A DNA stretch of 64,000 bases from an uncultured virus (IMG/VR IMGVR_UViG_3300004774_000001). Lineage: Duplodnaviria; Heunggongvirae; Uroviricota; Caudoviricetes. A program made the position numbers and the translations under genes. Each line of letters opens with the position of its first letter. The stretch's first letter is position 1. Below are positions 1-9,808 of this stretch, one piece after another. The stretch lies in the IMG/VR virus record IMGVR_UViG_3300004774_000001. One strand, given 5' to 3'. Below the pieces are notes generated by a model. That model did no database searches. It saw only the letters and a program-made list of their open reading frames with translations, and was not told where the DNA came from.

Positions 1-272
1 CTCTAGTTCAAGTAGCAGCTTAAGTTCAAGTAGCAGCTTAAGTTCGACCAGTAGTTCAACTTCGAGTAGCAGCTCAAGTTCGAGCAGCTCAAGTTCGAGC
101 AGCTCAAGTTCGAGCAGCTCAAGTTCGAGCAGCTCAAGTTCAAGTAGCAGCTCAAGTTCGACCAGTAGTTCAACTTCGAGTAGCTCTAGTTCGAGCAGCT
201 CAAGTTCAAGTAGCAGCTCAAGTAGCAGCTCAACATCGTCCTCTAGCAGTTCGAGTAGTTCCAGTAGTTCAA
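1..272 (+). repeat. Low-complexity poly-Ser coding repeat (AGCTCAAGTTCGAGC-type 15-mers)
   Basis: Tandem agctcaagttcgagc units are directly visible. Confidence 0.9.
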
Positions 273-457
273 CCGGAATAATCGACTATCCTGCGTCCAA
301 GACGATCGATATAATCGGGCCGAACTCTAGTTCGTCATCTTCTGGTGGATATGCTTCAGTGGTAGGTGGCTTCAGTGATTCGGTGACTAACCCCTCATTC
401 TCTGGAATGACAGTTATAGTCATTGGGGCGTCCTCAGCGGAGATAGCAAGACCATGA
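1..457 (+). CDS. Ser-rich protein, 5'-truncated by the window edge (virion region)
   Basis: Frame 2 is open from position 2: about 90 codons that are almost all Ser, then TGIIDYPASKTIDIIGP...AEIARP. The TGA at 455-457 overlaps the next ATG (ATGA). Not in the ORF track because it has no start. Confidence 0.75.
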   Translation, partial: SSSSSSLSSSSSLSSTSSSTSSSSSSSSSSSSSSSSSSSSSSSSSSSSSSSSSTSSSTSSSSSSSSSSSSSSSSSSSTSSSSSSSSSSSSTGIIDYPASKTIDIIGPNSSSSSSGGYASVVGGFSDSVTNPSFSGMTVIVIGASSAEIARP

Positions 458-828
458 GTCTCATTCTAGCCCATCGAAAGAGAAAACTGATTCGGGACAT
501 CACGATTAAAGACTCTGCCGGGGCTATGGTGTCGCCGGGGGTGAACGATACTGTTCGGATCAAGATAGGGAAGCTCCGTCAAGTTCCGTCTCTTGATCTT
601 GGCAGTGACGTGGCAACAACTGGAGGGAGCACGATTACGAAGAACTCCCCGACGGCAGGGGTAAGTAGAGTTCAGATCTCCCAGACGGATCTAAGTTCGA
701 TGCAGGCTGGTGTTTATTCTTTCGAAGTTTCACTGGTCGACAACGCGGATGCGCAGGCTATCAAACATGTTGATATGCAGATTATGGTGCTTCAGGACAC
801 CATGCTAGGGAAGGTAGGATTGACATAA
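454..828 (+). CDS. Hypothetical virion-region protein (beta-rich)
   Basis: 124 aa ORF translationally coupled on both sides. Confidence 0.7.
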   Translation: MSLILAHRKRKLIRDITIKDSAGAMVSPGVNDTVRIKIGKLRQVPSLDLGSDVATTGGSTITKNSPTAGVSRVQISQTDLSSMQAGVYSFEVSLVDNADAQAIKHVDMQIMVLQDTMLGKVGLT

Positions 829-1628
829 TGGCAAAGATCGTAGACGACGCGATGGTACTGCTCGAGCTGGGTCTATCGTCATCTCTCACAGATGAGGAGA
901 GAGCGATCGTGCAACAGGCGGTGGTAAAAGCGGAGGGGGCTGTCATGAAGTTCCTCCGTTATGATCCTGCCCTGAAAAGCCATACTGAGTTCTACCCTCA
1001 GCAAGACTGCGATCCTCAGAATGCGACTGCAGTATGGGAAGCAACGGACACGGAAGCATTCGTTCGCCGAGTTTCATCTGCTGCTGTTGATGAGCTTCAA
1101 CTGCTTCATATTCCTGTCCGGGCATCAACCCCGATCGATCTTCGTGTCGAGTATGATGGAAGGTTCGGAACGAAAGTGGGGGCTTTTGCCGCTTCAACGC
1201 TGAAAGTCGAGGGGATTGATTTCTGGGCGCAGTACGATATGTTCGATAGTGTGTCTAAGGGCGTCTGTTCTGATGGCGTTATCAGGAGCATTGGACGGTG
1301 GCCGACAGAACCGGGATCAGTGAAGGTCATCTATACTGCCGGCTATACACAGGCTGAGCTCGAGGGACAAGATGATGTGATTGATGCATCACCAATCATG
1401 GAAGTGGTGGTGGAAGAAGCATTGCGACGAGCGAAGAAGGTATTCGTTCTGTGGAAGAAAAACTCACGATCTGGGCATAACTCCGGGGCGATTTCAAGTG
1501 AGACACTTGGTGAGTATTCCTACTCGCTGAATACAGCGTTGATGGATAAGGTGTTGGCTGGCGGAAGCCTGTCATCTGAGTCACGAGAACGATTGCAGCC
1601 GTTCGTAAACTATGGATTGATGGTATGA
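828..1628 (+). CDS. Head-tail connector/adaptor protein (gp6-like)
   Basis: VKVIYTAGY and C-terminal ISSETLGEYSYS motifs are typical of phage adaptors; genomic context fits. Confidence 0.65.
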   Translation: MAKIVDDAMVLLELGLSSSLTDEERAIVQQAVVKAEGAVMKFLRYDPALKSHTEFYPQQDCDPQNATAVWEATDTEAFVRRVSSAAVDELQLLHIPVRASTPIDLRVEYDGRFGTKVGAFAASTLKVEGIDFWAQYDMFDSVSKGVCSDGVIRSIGRWPTEPGSVKVIYTAGYTQAELEGQDDVIDASPIMEVVVEEALRRAKKVFVLWKKNSRSGHNSGAISSETLGEYSYSLNTALMDKVLAGGSLSSESRERLQPFVNYGLMV

Positions 1629-1975
1629 GCATCCTCGACAGCTTGCCACATCTTGCAACAGCACAGAAACGCGTCCGTGTTAAGGACACGCTGGGCGGTA
1701 GCAAGGATTCGTTTATCAACGTGTTCACGGACAGGGATTGTTGGTGTCAACAGGCTGGGGATTCTGAGATCACCGGATTTCAGAAGAGAGGGATCAACAT
1801 CAGTGACAAAGTGTACTTCACAGAGAATCCAGTACTCAATGAATCCCACGTGCTCGTGATTAGTGGTCAGACGTATGAAGTGATGAGTGCCCCGGAAATA
1901 GATGCCTCAGCTGGGTTGGGGGTGCTATGGAGAGTGAATGTAAACCGAAAGACCACGGAGCAGCATACCCCATGA
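1625..1975 (+). CDS. Head-closure/head-tail joining protein
   Basis: Size, D-x-x-GG near the N-terminus and GQTYEV are typical; follows the adaptor. Confidence 0.55.
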   Translation: MSILDSLPHLATAQKRVRVKDTLGGSKDSFINVFTDRDCWCQQAGDSEITGFQKRGINISDKVYFTENPVLNESHVLVISGQTYEVMSAPEIDASAGLGVLWRVNVNRKTTEQHTP

Positions 1976-2478
1976 TTACACCGATGGTAACTTCAGAAAT
2001 TATCGATGGTCGATTGAAGGTTCATATCGATCTGAAGACTGGTGGAAATCCCAACCATGACGAGCACGGGAGGTTTGCTGAAGGATCTGGCGGTGTGTCT
2101 GAAGGAGATGTGAACTCCAAAATGCGGGCATATGGAGGGATACAGTCTTATGTGGGCCCTAGGACATACCCAAAGCACGAAGGTGAAATCCCACAACGAC
2201 AAAAGGATGTTACCGAGGTCTTAAAGACACATGCGTTGATGAAATTCGTAACGGTGGAGAAATTGGTCAGCGAGTCAGGAAACAAGAAGAATCCAGAGGC
2301 ATTCTTGAAAGAACTACATGAATGGTTATGGCGTAGACCAAGTGCTTGGCAGGGAGAGATAGCAAATAAGCGATATGGTAAATATGCTGTGAGAATAAAC
2401 GAGAGGAATATAGGTCTTATCAGAGTAGTTCCTAAGCGGAAGAATGCTGGTGGAGTCTCCCTCGGTGTTGAGATATGA
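1972..2478 (+). CDS. NPNHDEHGRF-tagged protein with DGRLKVHIDLK leader, unknown cargo domain
   Basis: The ATG at 1972 overlaps the upstream stop and is a better start than 1927. Tag at 2047-2076. Confidence 0.7.
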   Translation: MITPMVTSEIIDGRLKVHIDLKTGGNPNHDEHGRFAEGSGGVSEGDVNSKMRAYGGIQSYVGPRTYPKHEGEIPQRQKDVTEVLKTHALMKFVTVEKLVSESGNKKNPEAFLKELHEWLWRRPSAWQGEIANKRYGKYAVRINERNIGLIRVVPKRKNAGGVSLGVEI

Positions 2479-2816
2479 AAATCACAACCACCGACATCTC
2501 TGATTTCCTTACTAATCTCAAAGACGCTCAGGTCTACAGGAGGGTGGTATACTTTGAGAGGTCGAAGCATCATCTCAACGGGAAGACGAAACACGATGCC
2601 ACGGCTTTTCAGATCATCTATCAGACCTCAGCGATCTTGGAATATGAAACTGATGGGCAGGCATTGCTAGTCTGTGGAGTTGATTGTGGGGTTGATAGGT
2701 TGAACGAGGATGGCGGAAGCGGCGGTTCAGATGTCCTGGAGGAACTCCACAAGCGATTGTGGGGATACTGTGAGTTGAACGGTTTGAGATTGTTACCCGG
2801 AATGTTGGATCAGTAA
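2475..2816 (+). CDS. Hypothetical protein
   Basis: 113 aa ORF with ATGA overlap. Confidence 0.65.
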   Translation: MKITTTDISDFLTNLKDAQVYRRVVYFERSKHHLNGKTKHDATAFQIIYQTSAILEYETDGQALLVCGVDCGVDRLNEDGGSGGSDVLEELHKRLWGYCELNGLRLLPGMLDQ

Positions 2817-2828
2817 AGGAGACCGAGG

Positions 2829-3188
2829 ATGACAGAGCACAAGACAGTTCATCAAGCACTATCCACTGTTCGGCATCGGCTGAAGGAAGCTGAGCAGTGT
2901 GGGAGTTTTCTGATCGGGATCTGGTGCTTGGGCAAAGATGGGAAGATGGTCTGCCATCGAACAACGTGGCAGTTTCCGAGTAGGGCCGTTGAGGACGTGA
3001 TCGGAACCCTGAAGGAGACTTTCGGGATCAAGGAAGAAGTCCTGGCCCCACTGCCGCTGGCGGAGTTTCTGAAGAAGTCCGATCCAATCGTATTCGATCA
3101 GGATGTTAAGTCGCCTATACTGGCTGGTGAGGTTCTTGGACCGTCCGAATACATCCCAGCGGAGGATATGCTAGATGCACGTCCTTAA
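2829..3188 (+). CDS. Hypothetical protein
   Basis: AAGGAG RBS upstream; 119 aa. Confidence 0.65.
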   Translation: MTEHKTVHQALSTVRHRLKEAEQCGSFLIGIWCLGKDGKMVCHRTTWQFPSRAVEDVIGTLKETFGIKEEVLAPLPLAEFLKKSDPIVFDQDVKSPILAGEVLGPSEYIPAEDMLDARP

Positions 3189-3540
3189 CTGGATCAAATC
3201 ATGGTTCGTCGCGGCATCCGTCGCTCGCCAGCTGTCCGGGTCTCAGAATCTGCTTATTGCTCTAGCCGCACGGGCACAGCAATCTTCGGAACGGCTAGAT
3301 GAACGAAGTAAAGAGCTATCTGCACTGGTGACGAGGATCGAAACCGACATTACCGATGCCAAGCGAATCCATCTGCGGTACGAATCGGCGTTGGACGAGG
3401 TGAGGGAGCAGAACCGTGTTTTGGAAACGACGATCCAGACGCTGGTTGCTTCGCATAAGCTGCTGATGGAAAGATATGACTGTGAGACTGCGTTGCAGGT
3501 TAGAACGAAAATCGCAGCATCCCAAGTAGGGCGGGAATAG
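3175..3540 (+). CDS. Hypothetical coiled-coil protein
   Basis: Heptad-rich 121 aa ORF. Confidence 0.6.
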   Translation: MHVLNWIKSWFVAASVARQLSGSQNLLIALAARAQQSSERLDERSKELSALVTRIETDITDAKRIHLRYESALDEVREQNRVLETTIQTLVASHKLLMERYDCETALQVRTKIAASQVGRE

Positions 3541-3652
3541 GGCTAAATCCCGATTGGCCGGCAGGACGGGTAATTATACGGGTTATGCCCTAGACCCCGT
3601 TAGAACGTAAGCCAGGCCCCTAGAAACAGGTGTCTATGGGGCGGACGGGTAG
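3541..3652. repeat. Non-coding element, inverted homolog of 37862-37973
   Basis: The reverse complement of 3545-3580 matches 37932-37967 at 31/36 nt, and further blocks also align. Confidence 0.75.
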
Positions 3653-3728
3653 GTGGTTTATAGGATGGTCCCATTCTATCAGTAGTTCGTATGTCGATAG
3701 GAAAATTCTCTAGAGGATCGGAAGTATC

Positions 3729-5477
3729 ATGTCAACTATGACGACAGCCCTCGCACGATCCGGCTCTGTGATCACGGCTGCCTATGAGACTGCCCTGTCA
3801 ATGAAAGCAGCGGGAATGCTTCCCGATATGGCCCCACAATCAGGACTTGCCCAGTTCGGAGCCTTCAGGGATGATGTCCAAAACAAGCAGCGGTATTCTT
3901 TATTCAGGGGCTGGCTTTATTCTGCCATCAACGCACTAGCAAGTGAGGCCGCTGGACAGCCGGTAGTCGTTGCATCTCTGAAGGGGAAGGTAAAGGCTCC
4001 GACAGGGAAGAAGTCCATCCGCAACAAAATGACAACGACGGCTAGGGTGAAGGCAGCCCAGCAGGACTTTGAGGTACTGGTTGATCATCCTCTTCTCGAC
4101 TTGCTCGAGACACCGAACCCGATTCAGAACAGATGGCAATTCGTCTATAGTTTCGTCGCCAACTTGAACCTCACCGGATGGTCATACATTATCGGCGGCG
4201 AGAATGAAGAGGGGGAGTACGAGTTCTACTCGCTGCCAACAACATGGATTAAGCCAGACCACAGGGATGGACCGTTTAGCCGATTCAAGGTAGTCGATCC
4301 AGCTAACCCGAAAGCTGGTGGGGATGAAGACGAATGGCTGACTAGGGAGAATGTGGCATTCGCTATGCTCCCGAATCCGGCTGATCCTCGCATGGCAATG
4401 GCCCCAGTCCAGTCACAGAATCCCGCCGTGCGGATTGACGACTTCATTCAGACGTCTCAGATGCAGTTCTTCGACAACGGTATCTTCCCGTCAGCGATAG
4501 TGACGATTGGTAAAGACCCACATCCTGATGTCCCAGGAGGAATTCGACCTCGGCTGACGGCAGCCCAGCGGAGGCAGGTCACTGGGGCGATCAGGAAGGT
4601 AATGGCCGGCGTCGCCAACTATGGCAACCCGGCGATTGTGGATGGCATGATTGAAAGCATCGAACGACTGACAATGACATCTAACGAGATGGGCTGGGAC
4701 AAGTCGGAAGACAAGAACCGCACCAGAATCCTATCTGCGTTTGGCGTTCATCCGTATATCCTCGGTGAGCCGGTAGGAGTGGGTGGGTATGCCCAGGTTG
4801 CAAATATTGAGAAGCGATTCTACAAGCGAGTGAACACGTTCCTCGATATGTTGGGGACTGTAGTCACCAACTTCGTTGGGTCAGCTGTTAGTGAGAATGC
4901 TGAAAACCTGTTTGTATGGTGGGAGGAGTGCCAAAGCGTTGATCCTCAGCTTCGGTGGTCGAACCTCAACGCCGCTCGGACTCGCGGGGACATCTCAAGA
5001 AATGAAATCCGCACTGAGTTGGGGCTGCCGCCGGATGAGACTGGTGGTGAGGCAACAAAGAACTACGCTGCGACTGATGTCACGGCAATCGTCGCAGTAC
5101 AGGCTGCCGTTGCCAGTGGTGGGATTTCACCCGAGCAGGCGGCCGCCCTCTATGTCTTAGCATTTGACATGGCACCGGAGGATGCAAAGAAGATCGCTGG
5201 GCCAAAGCCGAAGCCCCAACCAGTAGCCCCTGGAGGCGTTCCTGGAATTCCGGGTCAGCCTGGGAAGCCGGAAGGCAAGCCGGGGGCGTTCGGGAAACCG
5301 GCTGGTGGGGCTTCGGCCGATGAAGAGGAAGTCCCTCCGACTGAAGAAGAGGCTATGAGCAAAGCAACGAAGTCGTTAGAACTCGCAGTCGCGACGTTCG
5401 GACTTCAGACGTACAAAGGGTCGCTGCCTTCCTCGATTGTGGACCGGCTGCTAGAAGTCGTGGGTGAAGAATCATGA
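3729..5477 (+). CDS. Phage portal protein (HK97-like)
   Basis: HPLLDLLETPNPIQN, FFDNGIFP and ILSAFGVHPYILG motifs, NEIRTELGLPP, and a Pro/Gly-rich C-terminal tail. Confidence 0.92.
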   Translation: MSTMTTALARSGSVITAAYETALSMKAAGMLPDMAPQSGLAQFGAFRDDVQNKQRYSLFRGWLYSAINALASEAAGQPVVVASLKGKVKAPTGKKSIRNKMTTTARVKAAQQDFEVLVDHPLLDLLETPNPIQNRWQFVYSFVANLNLTGWSYIIGGENEEGEYEFYSLPTTWIKPDHRDGPFSRFKVVDPANPKAGGDEDEWLTRENVAFAMLPNPADPRMAMAPVQSQNPAVRIDDFIQTSQMQFFDNGIFPSAIVTIGKDPHPDVPGGIRPRLTAAQRRQVTGAIRKVMAGVANYGNPAIVDGMIESIERLTMTSNEMGWDKSEDKNRTRILSAFGVHPYILGEPVGVGGYAQVANIEKRFYKRVNTFLDMLGTVVTNFVGSAVSENAENLFVWWEECQSVDPQLRWSNLNAARTRGDISRNEIRTELGLPPDETGGEATKNYAATDVTAIVAVQAAVASGGISPEQAAALYVLAFDMAPEDAKKIAGPKPKPQPVAPGGVPGIPGQPGKPEGKPGAFGKPAGGASADEEEVPPTEEEAMSKATKSLELAVATFGLQTYKGSLPSSIVDRLLEVVGEES

Positions 5478-8400
5478 GCATAGCAGTTCTCGAAAAGACT
5501 GGCGGTGGAAATCCCAATCATGATGAGCATGGGAGGTTTGCTAGTGGTCGTGGACAGTCAATCCTGGATAAGCCGATAATTCACAGTTCGCAGGGGTTTG
5601 GAGAGGGTGTTGAGCCGACGCTTTGGCCGAGCGTGGATTTTGGTGCAGGTACATTTGGAGGACGGACTAGGCTAGGGCCGAACGCAGCCGATAGATATGG
5701 TCACATCGAGACTGTTCAACTATGTGACGTTTATGCTACTCAGGACGTGGTGCAACCATTCATCGTCGATCAATACGCACATGGAGAAAGACCGGTATAC
5801 GAACTGCCAAGACTTCTTAGATACAATGGGAAGTTACATGTAGATGATGGGCACCACCGACTAGAGGCTGCACGATTAAATGGGGAGACATCGATACGTG
5901 CTATCGTGGTTGATGTGGATAAGCATGGCCTGCCCTTAAAGTGGATAGATGAGAATCCAGAAAGTGCAAGAGAAGCCATTCAGATCCATGAGATGAGACA
6001 ACGGGAGAAATCCCCCTCCCGCCTCACCATCCTCCGCAAAGCCCTCGAAGTCACTCATCTAGCTCTCGACATCAAGCGCCAGCTGCTGTCGAAGGAACTG
6101 AAGAAAGCCGTCGTTCGCGGCGTCCATCTGAAGCAAGCAGAACAGGCCGAGAAGGAACTGACGGATGCTTTGGTCGGGTTGTTCAAAGAGCAGTTTAAGG
6201 CTGCGGCGAATCATATCAGCAAAGATGGTAAGACTGAGTTTAACCCCCGCGACTGGGACGATGCCCTAGTCGATACCTGCATGCCGGTGCTGATGAAGCA
6301 TGCCGGGCTGGCTGCCGCTGCTCAGATGATGTTGATGGGTGTCGATGTCAGCAGGCGGAAGAGGAAGATGGAGAAGTCTGGCGGAGGAAATCCCAACCAT
6401 GATGAGCATGGGGGGTTCGCTAGTGGGGCTTACACTGCGACTGAAGGAAAGGATCGCTCTGGAAAACCAGATCGCGATGATGTTCTGAATATAGTAGCGG
6501 ATGTTCGGGATAGGTGGGGCTACCAAGGTGGGGTATCTTTGGTCGACGGTCAGGGTGGGGAGTTTGAGCGTGGTGGGCTGAAATGGAGAACAGCTGGGCA
6601 GTGTCAGATTGCAGGGAGTGTTACGCAGATTGCAGGGAGTGTTACGATTTGGAGGGATACTGATTGGAGCTCGGTGGAATCGGTAGTGAGTTTAACAGCT
6701 CACGAAATGATGCATGGTACGTACCAAAAGATACAAGATAAGTATGACGGAGAGCAAAAACAGCTGACCGGGGATCATATCAGAATGAATGGTCAGTTGA
6801 AAGAGGAATACAGAGATCAGTTTCCTGTCTATGCTAGAATGTGGGAGCTGTATCAGGGGTCGAGGAATCCCAAAGTTGGGGACGATCAGTGGTTTCAAAA
6901 AGATGACGGGGTGAGTGAATATAGCAAAGCGTACTGGAGGGATTATGAGGCTGGTAAGTGTTCGCTTTCTACGGCTATTCACGAAACACTGGCTGAGATC
7001 GCGGGTGAACACGAATCAACTGGGGTGCTGGTCGGGAGTAGGCGGTATAGGGATTTCTACAAAGCCGTTAGGGATGAATACAGGGTCGAGATTGGTCAGT
7101 CGAGATTCAGAAGAGGGCCGGGGGTTCCAAAAAAGAGCGTTTCTGGACACACTGAAATCATCCCACACGAATTGTATTTTGACGCTGATTTTCGCCCGAC
7201 CAATCCAGAGAATGCTAGGTATGTTCGCTATTGGAACTCTGATGGAACAACTGGGATAGGAGTTCGCTCTGAGGAGCAGAAATCCCCCTCCCACCTCACC
7301 ATCCGAACCAAAACCACCGCCACCGATTTCCTTCAGAATCTGGAAGACTACGATGTCATCGACCTCTCCGGCATGGTCTTCACTCTTCCATCCGGTCTAG
7401 AAATCACTCTCGGCTTCATGACCGAGTGGCCGGAATGGATGAAGGTCGAAATCGTCGATCAGATCAAAGTGGCGTTCAGCCAGGGCTACTGGGTAGGAAT
7501 CAACGACACGACCGCGAACGGGATTGAATCCTACGTCCAGAAGGGACTGGAGAACGGGGATTCGATTGCCGACATCCGAGCGGCGATGGTGGGGGACGGG
7601 CTTGACGAATACTACTTCGGGCGAGGAAAGAACATTGCTAGAACAGAGGCAGGAAACGTCTTGAACGGTGCTCGATCCTCAGCGATGAATCGATTGCAGG
7701 AGGAGATCCCTGGACTGCAGGCAAAGAAGACATGGCTGAGTGTGCTGGGGACAACGACGAGGGACACGCATGCTCACTTGGATGGTGTGCCGGCAGATGA
7801 AGAGGGGATGTGGGTACTGGCTGGGATTCAGATACCGTGGCCAGGGCACTTTAGTCTACCGCCGGGCGAGCGTTGTTCGTGTCAATGCTCAATCGTTCAT
7901 TCTTGGGGCATGGGTGATTCGACGGCCGAGGGGCTGATCGCAGATTATAACGAAAGACTGCAACAGGAGAAATCTAATCCCAATCATGACCCAAGATCCG
8001 GGCGATTTTCCTCTGGCTCTGGGGGATCTCAGCAGCAGAAGCCAGCTAGCACAGCCCATACCGAAACCGTTCATGAGATCTCGAGCAAGATTAAGAAATC
8101 GAGTGACAACTTGGAAGGCGGGGCTAACGTAACGAAGATCCTTGAGATAGAAGCGGGCGGGATAACAAAGAAGGCCATTTTCAAACCCATTGATGGTGAG
8201 AACCCACATGTCAACCCAGCATTTCTCGGCCGGCAGAGTATTTGTGAAGTGGCATCTTCCATCGTTAGTGAGGAGATGGGGCTCGACCTCGTAGCAAAGA
8301 CGGCGATGGTGACCGTAAGCGGGAAGCGAGGATCACTGGCGAGCTGGGTGAACGATACGGCTACTTTGGCCGTTGACCTAATTGAAGAGCGATTCGCCGC

Positions 8401-9808
8401 TAACAGCGAAGAAAAGATGTGGATGAAGTTGAGTAGTGATGGTGTTAAGGGCGTCAACGATATGGTGTTCTTTGACGTCCTGACAGGTAACGCCGACCGT
8501 CATCTGGGGAATTGGTTGGTCAAGAATGGTGAAGTTAAGCCGATTGACAATGGGATGTCGTTTGCGCGGAACGATGAGTATATGGCAGGGGGGTTGCGGT
8601 TCCGCACTTTGGAGTCGGCACCGAAATCGATGGCCTATCAGTCGATGTCCCCAGCATTCAAAGCCGGGCTGGGGAATCTGTTAGAGAATAGGGACAAGGT
8701 GGATGCTAGGTTGGAGAACGCCGGGCTGGATCACAGGACGAGGGATTCATTCTGGAAGAGAGCAGTTTACTTGTCCAAGACGAGGATGCTGGGGATCAAT
8801 GGTAGGACTCTCCACGATGTTGCTCGGTTATCTGAGGGTTTAGATCTTTTCGCTTCGGTCGGTGACATCCAGACGAAGATGGTTGATGGGGTGTTGCAGA
8901 TTGAGATCGATCTAAAGACTGGTGGTGGGAATCCCAACCACGACGAGCATGGGCGGTTTGCCAGTAGGGTACTAACGCAGAACGAGATTAAAGCCATATC
9001 TGAATGGAGAGAACACCTGTGGAATCGTGGAATCGTAACTAAACTAGCACAAGAAACGATCAGGGGCGGATCGTTAGCGAAGTACCATCCAGGTGAAATG
9101 ATGGTGTACCGTGGTGGGAATATGCTAAGAACTGGCTCTTCGTGGTCAAAATCTAGGGAAGTGGCAGAAGAATATGCGGATGGTGGAAGAATCGAGGAAT
9201 TACATCTCACTTTGGACACGCCCGCGCTGGATATCAATAGGGTTCTATCCGCGATACCGTCAAAGAGTGAACGTGATGAGGAGGTATTCATCCCTCCACC
9301 GAGACGGAAATCTAACCCCAACCACGATGAACACGGGAGGTTCGCTAGCGGGAATGGAAGTTCCGGATCTCGTGTTTTTTATCGTGGGACAACAGAAGCC
9401 GCGGTTAGGGCGATCCTCAGAGACGGAATGCATCCTGGAAAGGGTGGCGGTGCAGAGGAGGATTGGGAAACTGGAATTGAGGATGGCTATGGGGGAGAGG
9501 ACGAGATAATCTCGGCGGGAAGACGTGCTTCAGTATATTTTACTTCTGACATTGAGATTGCCGACAGATATGCGAAACGAGCGAGCGAGCTTCGCGGGAG
9601 AAAGCCGGTTATCCTTGAAATTCATATTCCTACCGATGCTTCATCGCCCATTAAGCCGGATGGATCGCAGTATGCGTCGTATCGAGTAGAGCAGTCGATT
9701 CCAGCGGCTTGGATCAAGCGGTATGATAAATCCAAGGTAAAAGCTGATAACACTGGATCGCTATGGTATGCTGTTGTCCATGTCCCTATTAGGAGTCAGG
9801 ATAGATGA
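5474..9808 (+). CDS. MuF (SPP1 gp7-like) minor head polyprotein carrying five tagged effector modules
   Basis: MuF core IARTE...KTWLS...TRDTH...RCSCQC (~7600-7900). Other domains: ParB-like DDGHHR, zincin HEMMH, kinase-like DRHLGN/IDNG, and two ART-like domains (YRG...SSWS...E; FYRGT...VYFT). Five NPNHD tags. Confidence 0.85.
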   Translation: MSIAVLEKTGGGNPNHDEHGRFASGRGQSILDKPIIHSSQGFGEGVEPTLWPSVDFGAGTFGGRTRLGPNAADRYGHIETVQLCDVYATQDVVQPFIVDQYAHGERPVYELPRLLRYNGKLHVDDGHHRLEAARLNGETSIRAIVVDVDKHGLPLKWIDENPESAREAIQIHEMRQREKSPSRLTILRKALEVTHLALDIKRQLLSKELKKAVVRGVHLKQAEQAEKELTDALVGLFKEQFKAAANHISKDGKTEFNPRDWDDALVDTCMPVLMKHAGLAAAAQMMLMGVDVSRRKRKMEKSGGGNPNHDEHGGFASGAYTATEGKDRSGKPDRDDVLNIVADVRDRWGYQGGVSLVDGQGGEFERGGLKWRTAGQCQIAGSVTQIAGSVTIWRDTDWSSVESVVSLTAHEMMHGTYQKIQDKYDGEQKQLTGDHIRMNGQLKEEYRDQFPVYARMWELYQGSRNPKVGDDQWFQKDDGVSEYSKAYWRDYEAGKCSLSTAIHETLAEIAGEHESTGVLVGSRRYRDFYKAVRDEYRVEIGQSRFRRGPGVPKKSVSGHTEIIPHELYFDADFRPTNPENARYVRYWNSDGTTGIGVRSEEQKSPSHLTIRTKTTATDFLQNLEDYDVIDLSGMVFTLPSGLEITLGFMTEWPEWMKVEIVDQIKVAFSQGYWVGINDTTANGIESYVQKGLENGDSIADIRAAMVGDGLDEYYFGRGKNIARTEAGNVLNGARSSAMNRLQEEIPGLQAKKTWLSVLGTTTRDTHAHLDGVPADEEGMWVLAGIQIPWPGHFSLPPGERCSCQCSIVHSWGMGDSTAEGLIADYNERLQQEKSNPNHDPRSGRFSSGSGGSQQQKPASTAHTETVHEISSKIKKSSDNLEGGANVTKILEIEAGGITKKAIFKPIDGENPHVNPAFLGRQSICEVASSIVSEEMGLDLVAKTAMVTVSGKRGSLASWVNDTATLAVDLIEERFAANSEEKMWMKLSSDGVKGVNDMVFFDVLTGNADRHLGNWLVKNGEVKPIDNGMSFARNDEYMAGGLRFRTLESAPKSMAYQSMSPAFKAGLGNLLENRDKVDARLENAGLDHRTRDSFWKRAVYLSKTRMLGINGRTLHDVARLSEGLDLFASVGDIQTKMVDGVLQIEIDLKTGGGNPNHDEHGRFASRVLTQNEIKAISEWREHLWNRGIVTKLAQETIRGGSLAKYHPGEMMVYRGGNMLRTGSSWSKSREVAEEYADGGRIEELHLTLDTPALDINRVLSAIPSKSERDEEVFIPPPRRKSNPNHDEHGRFASGNGSSGSRVFYRGTTEAAVRAILRDGMHPGKGGGAEEDWETGIEDGYGGEDEIISAGRRASVYFTSDIEIADRYAKRASELRGRKPVILEIHIPTDASSPIKPDGSQYASYRVEQSIPAAWIKRYDKSKVKADNTGSLWYAVVHVPIRSQDR

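Noticed and set aside
1..272. Tandem repeats as a CRISPR array or satellite
   Set aside because: No unique spacers; the repeats are in-frame Ser codons of a CDS.
6605..6646. 21-bp exact tandem duplication (QIAGSVT twice)
   Set aside because: Real, but most simply explained as slippage or an assembly artefact with no functional signal.
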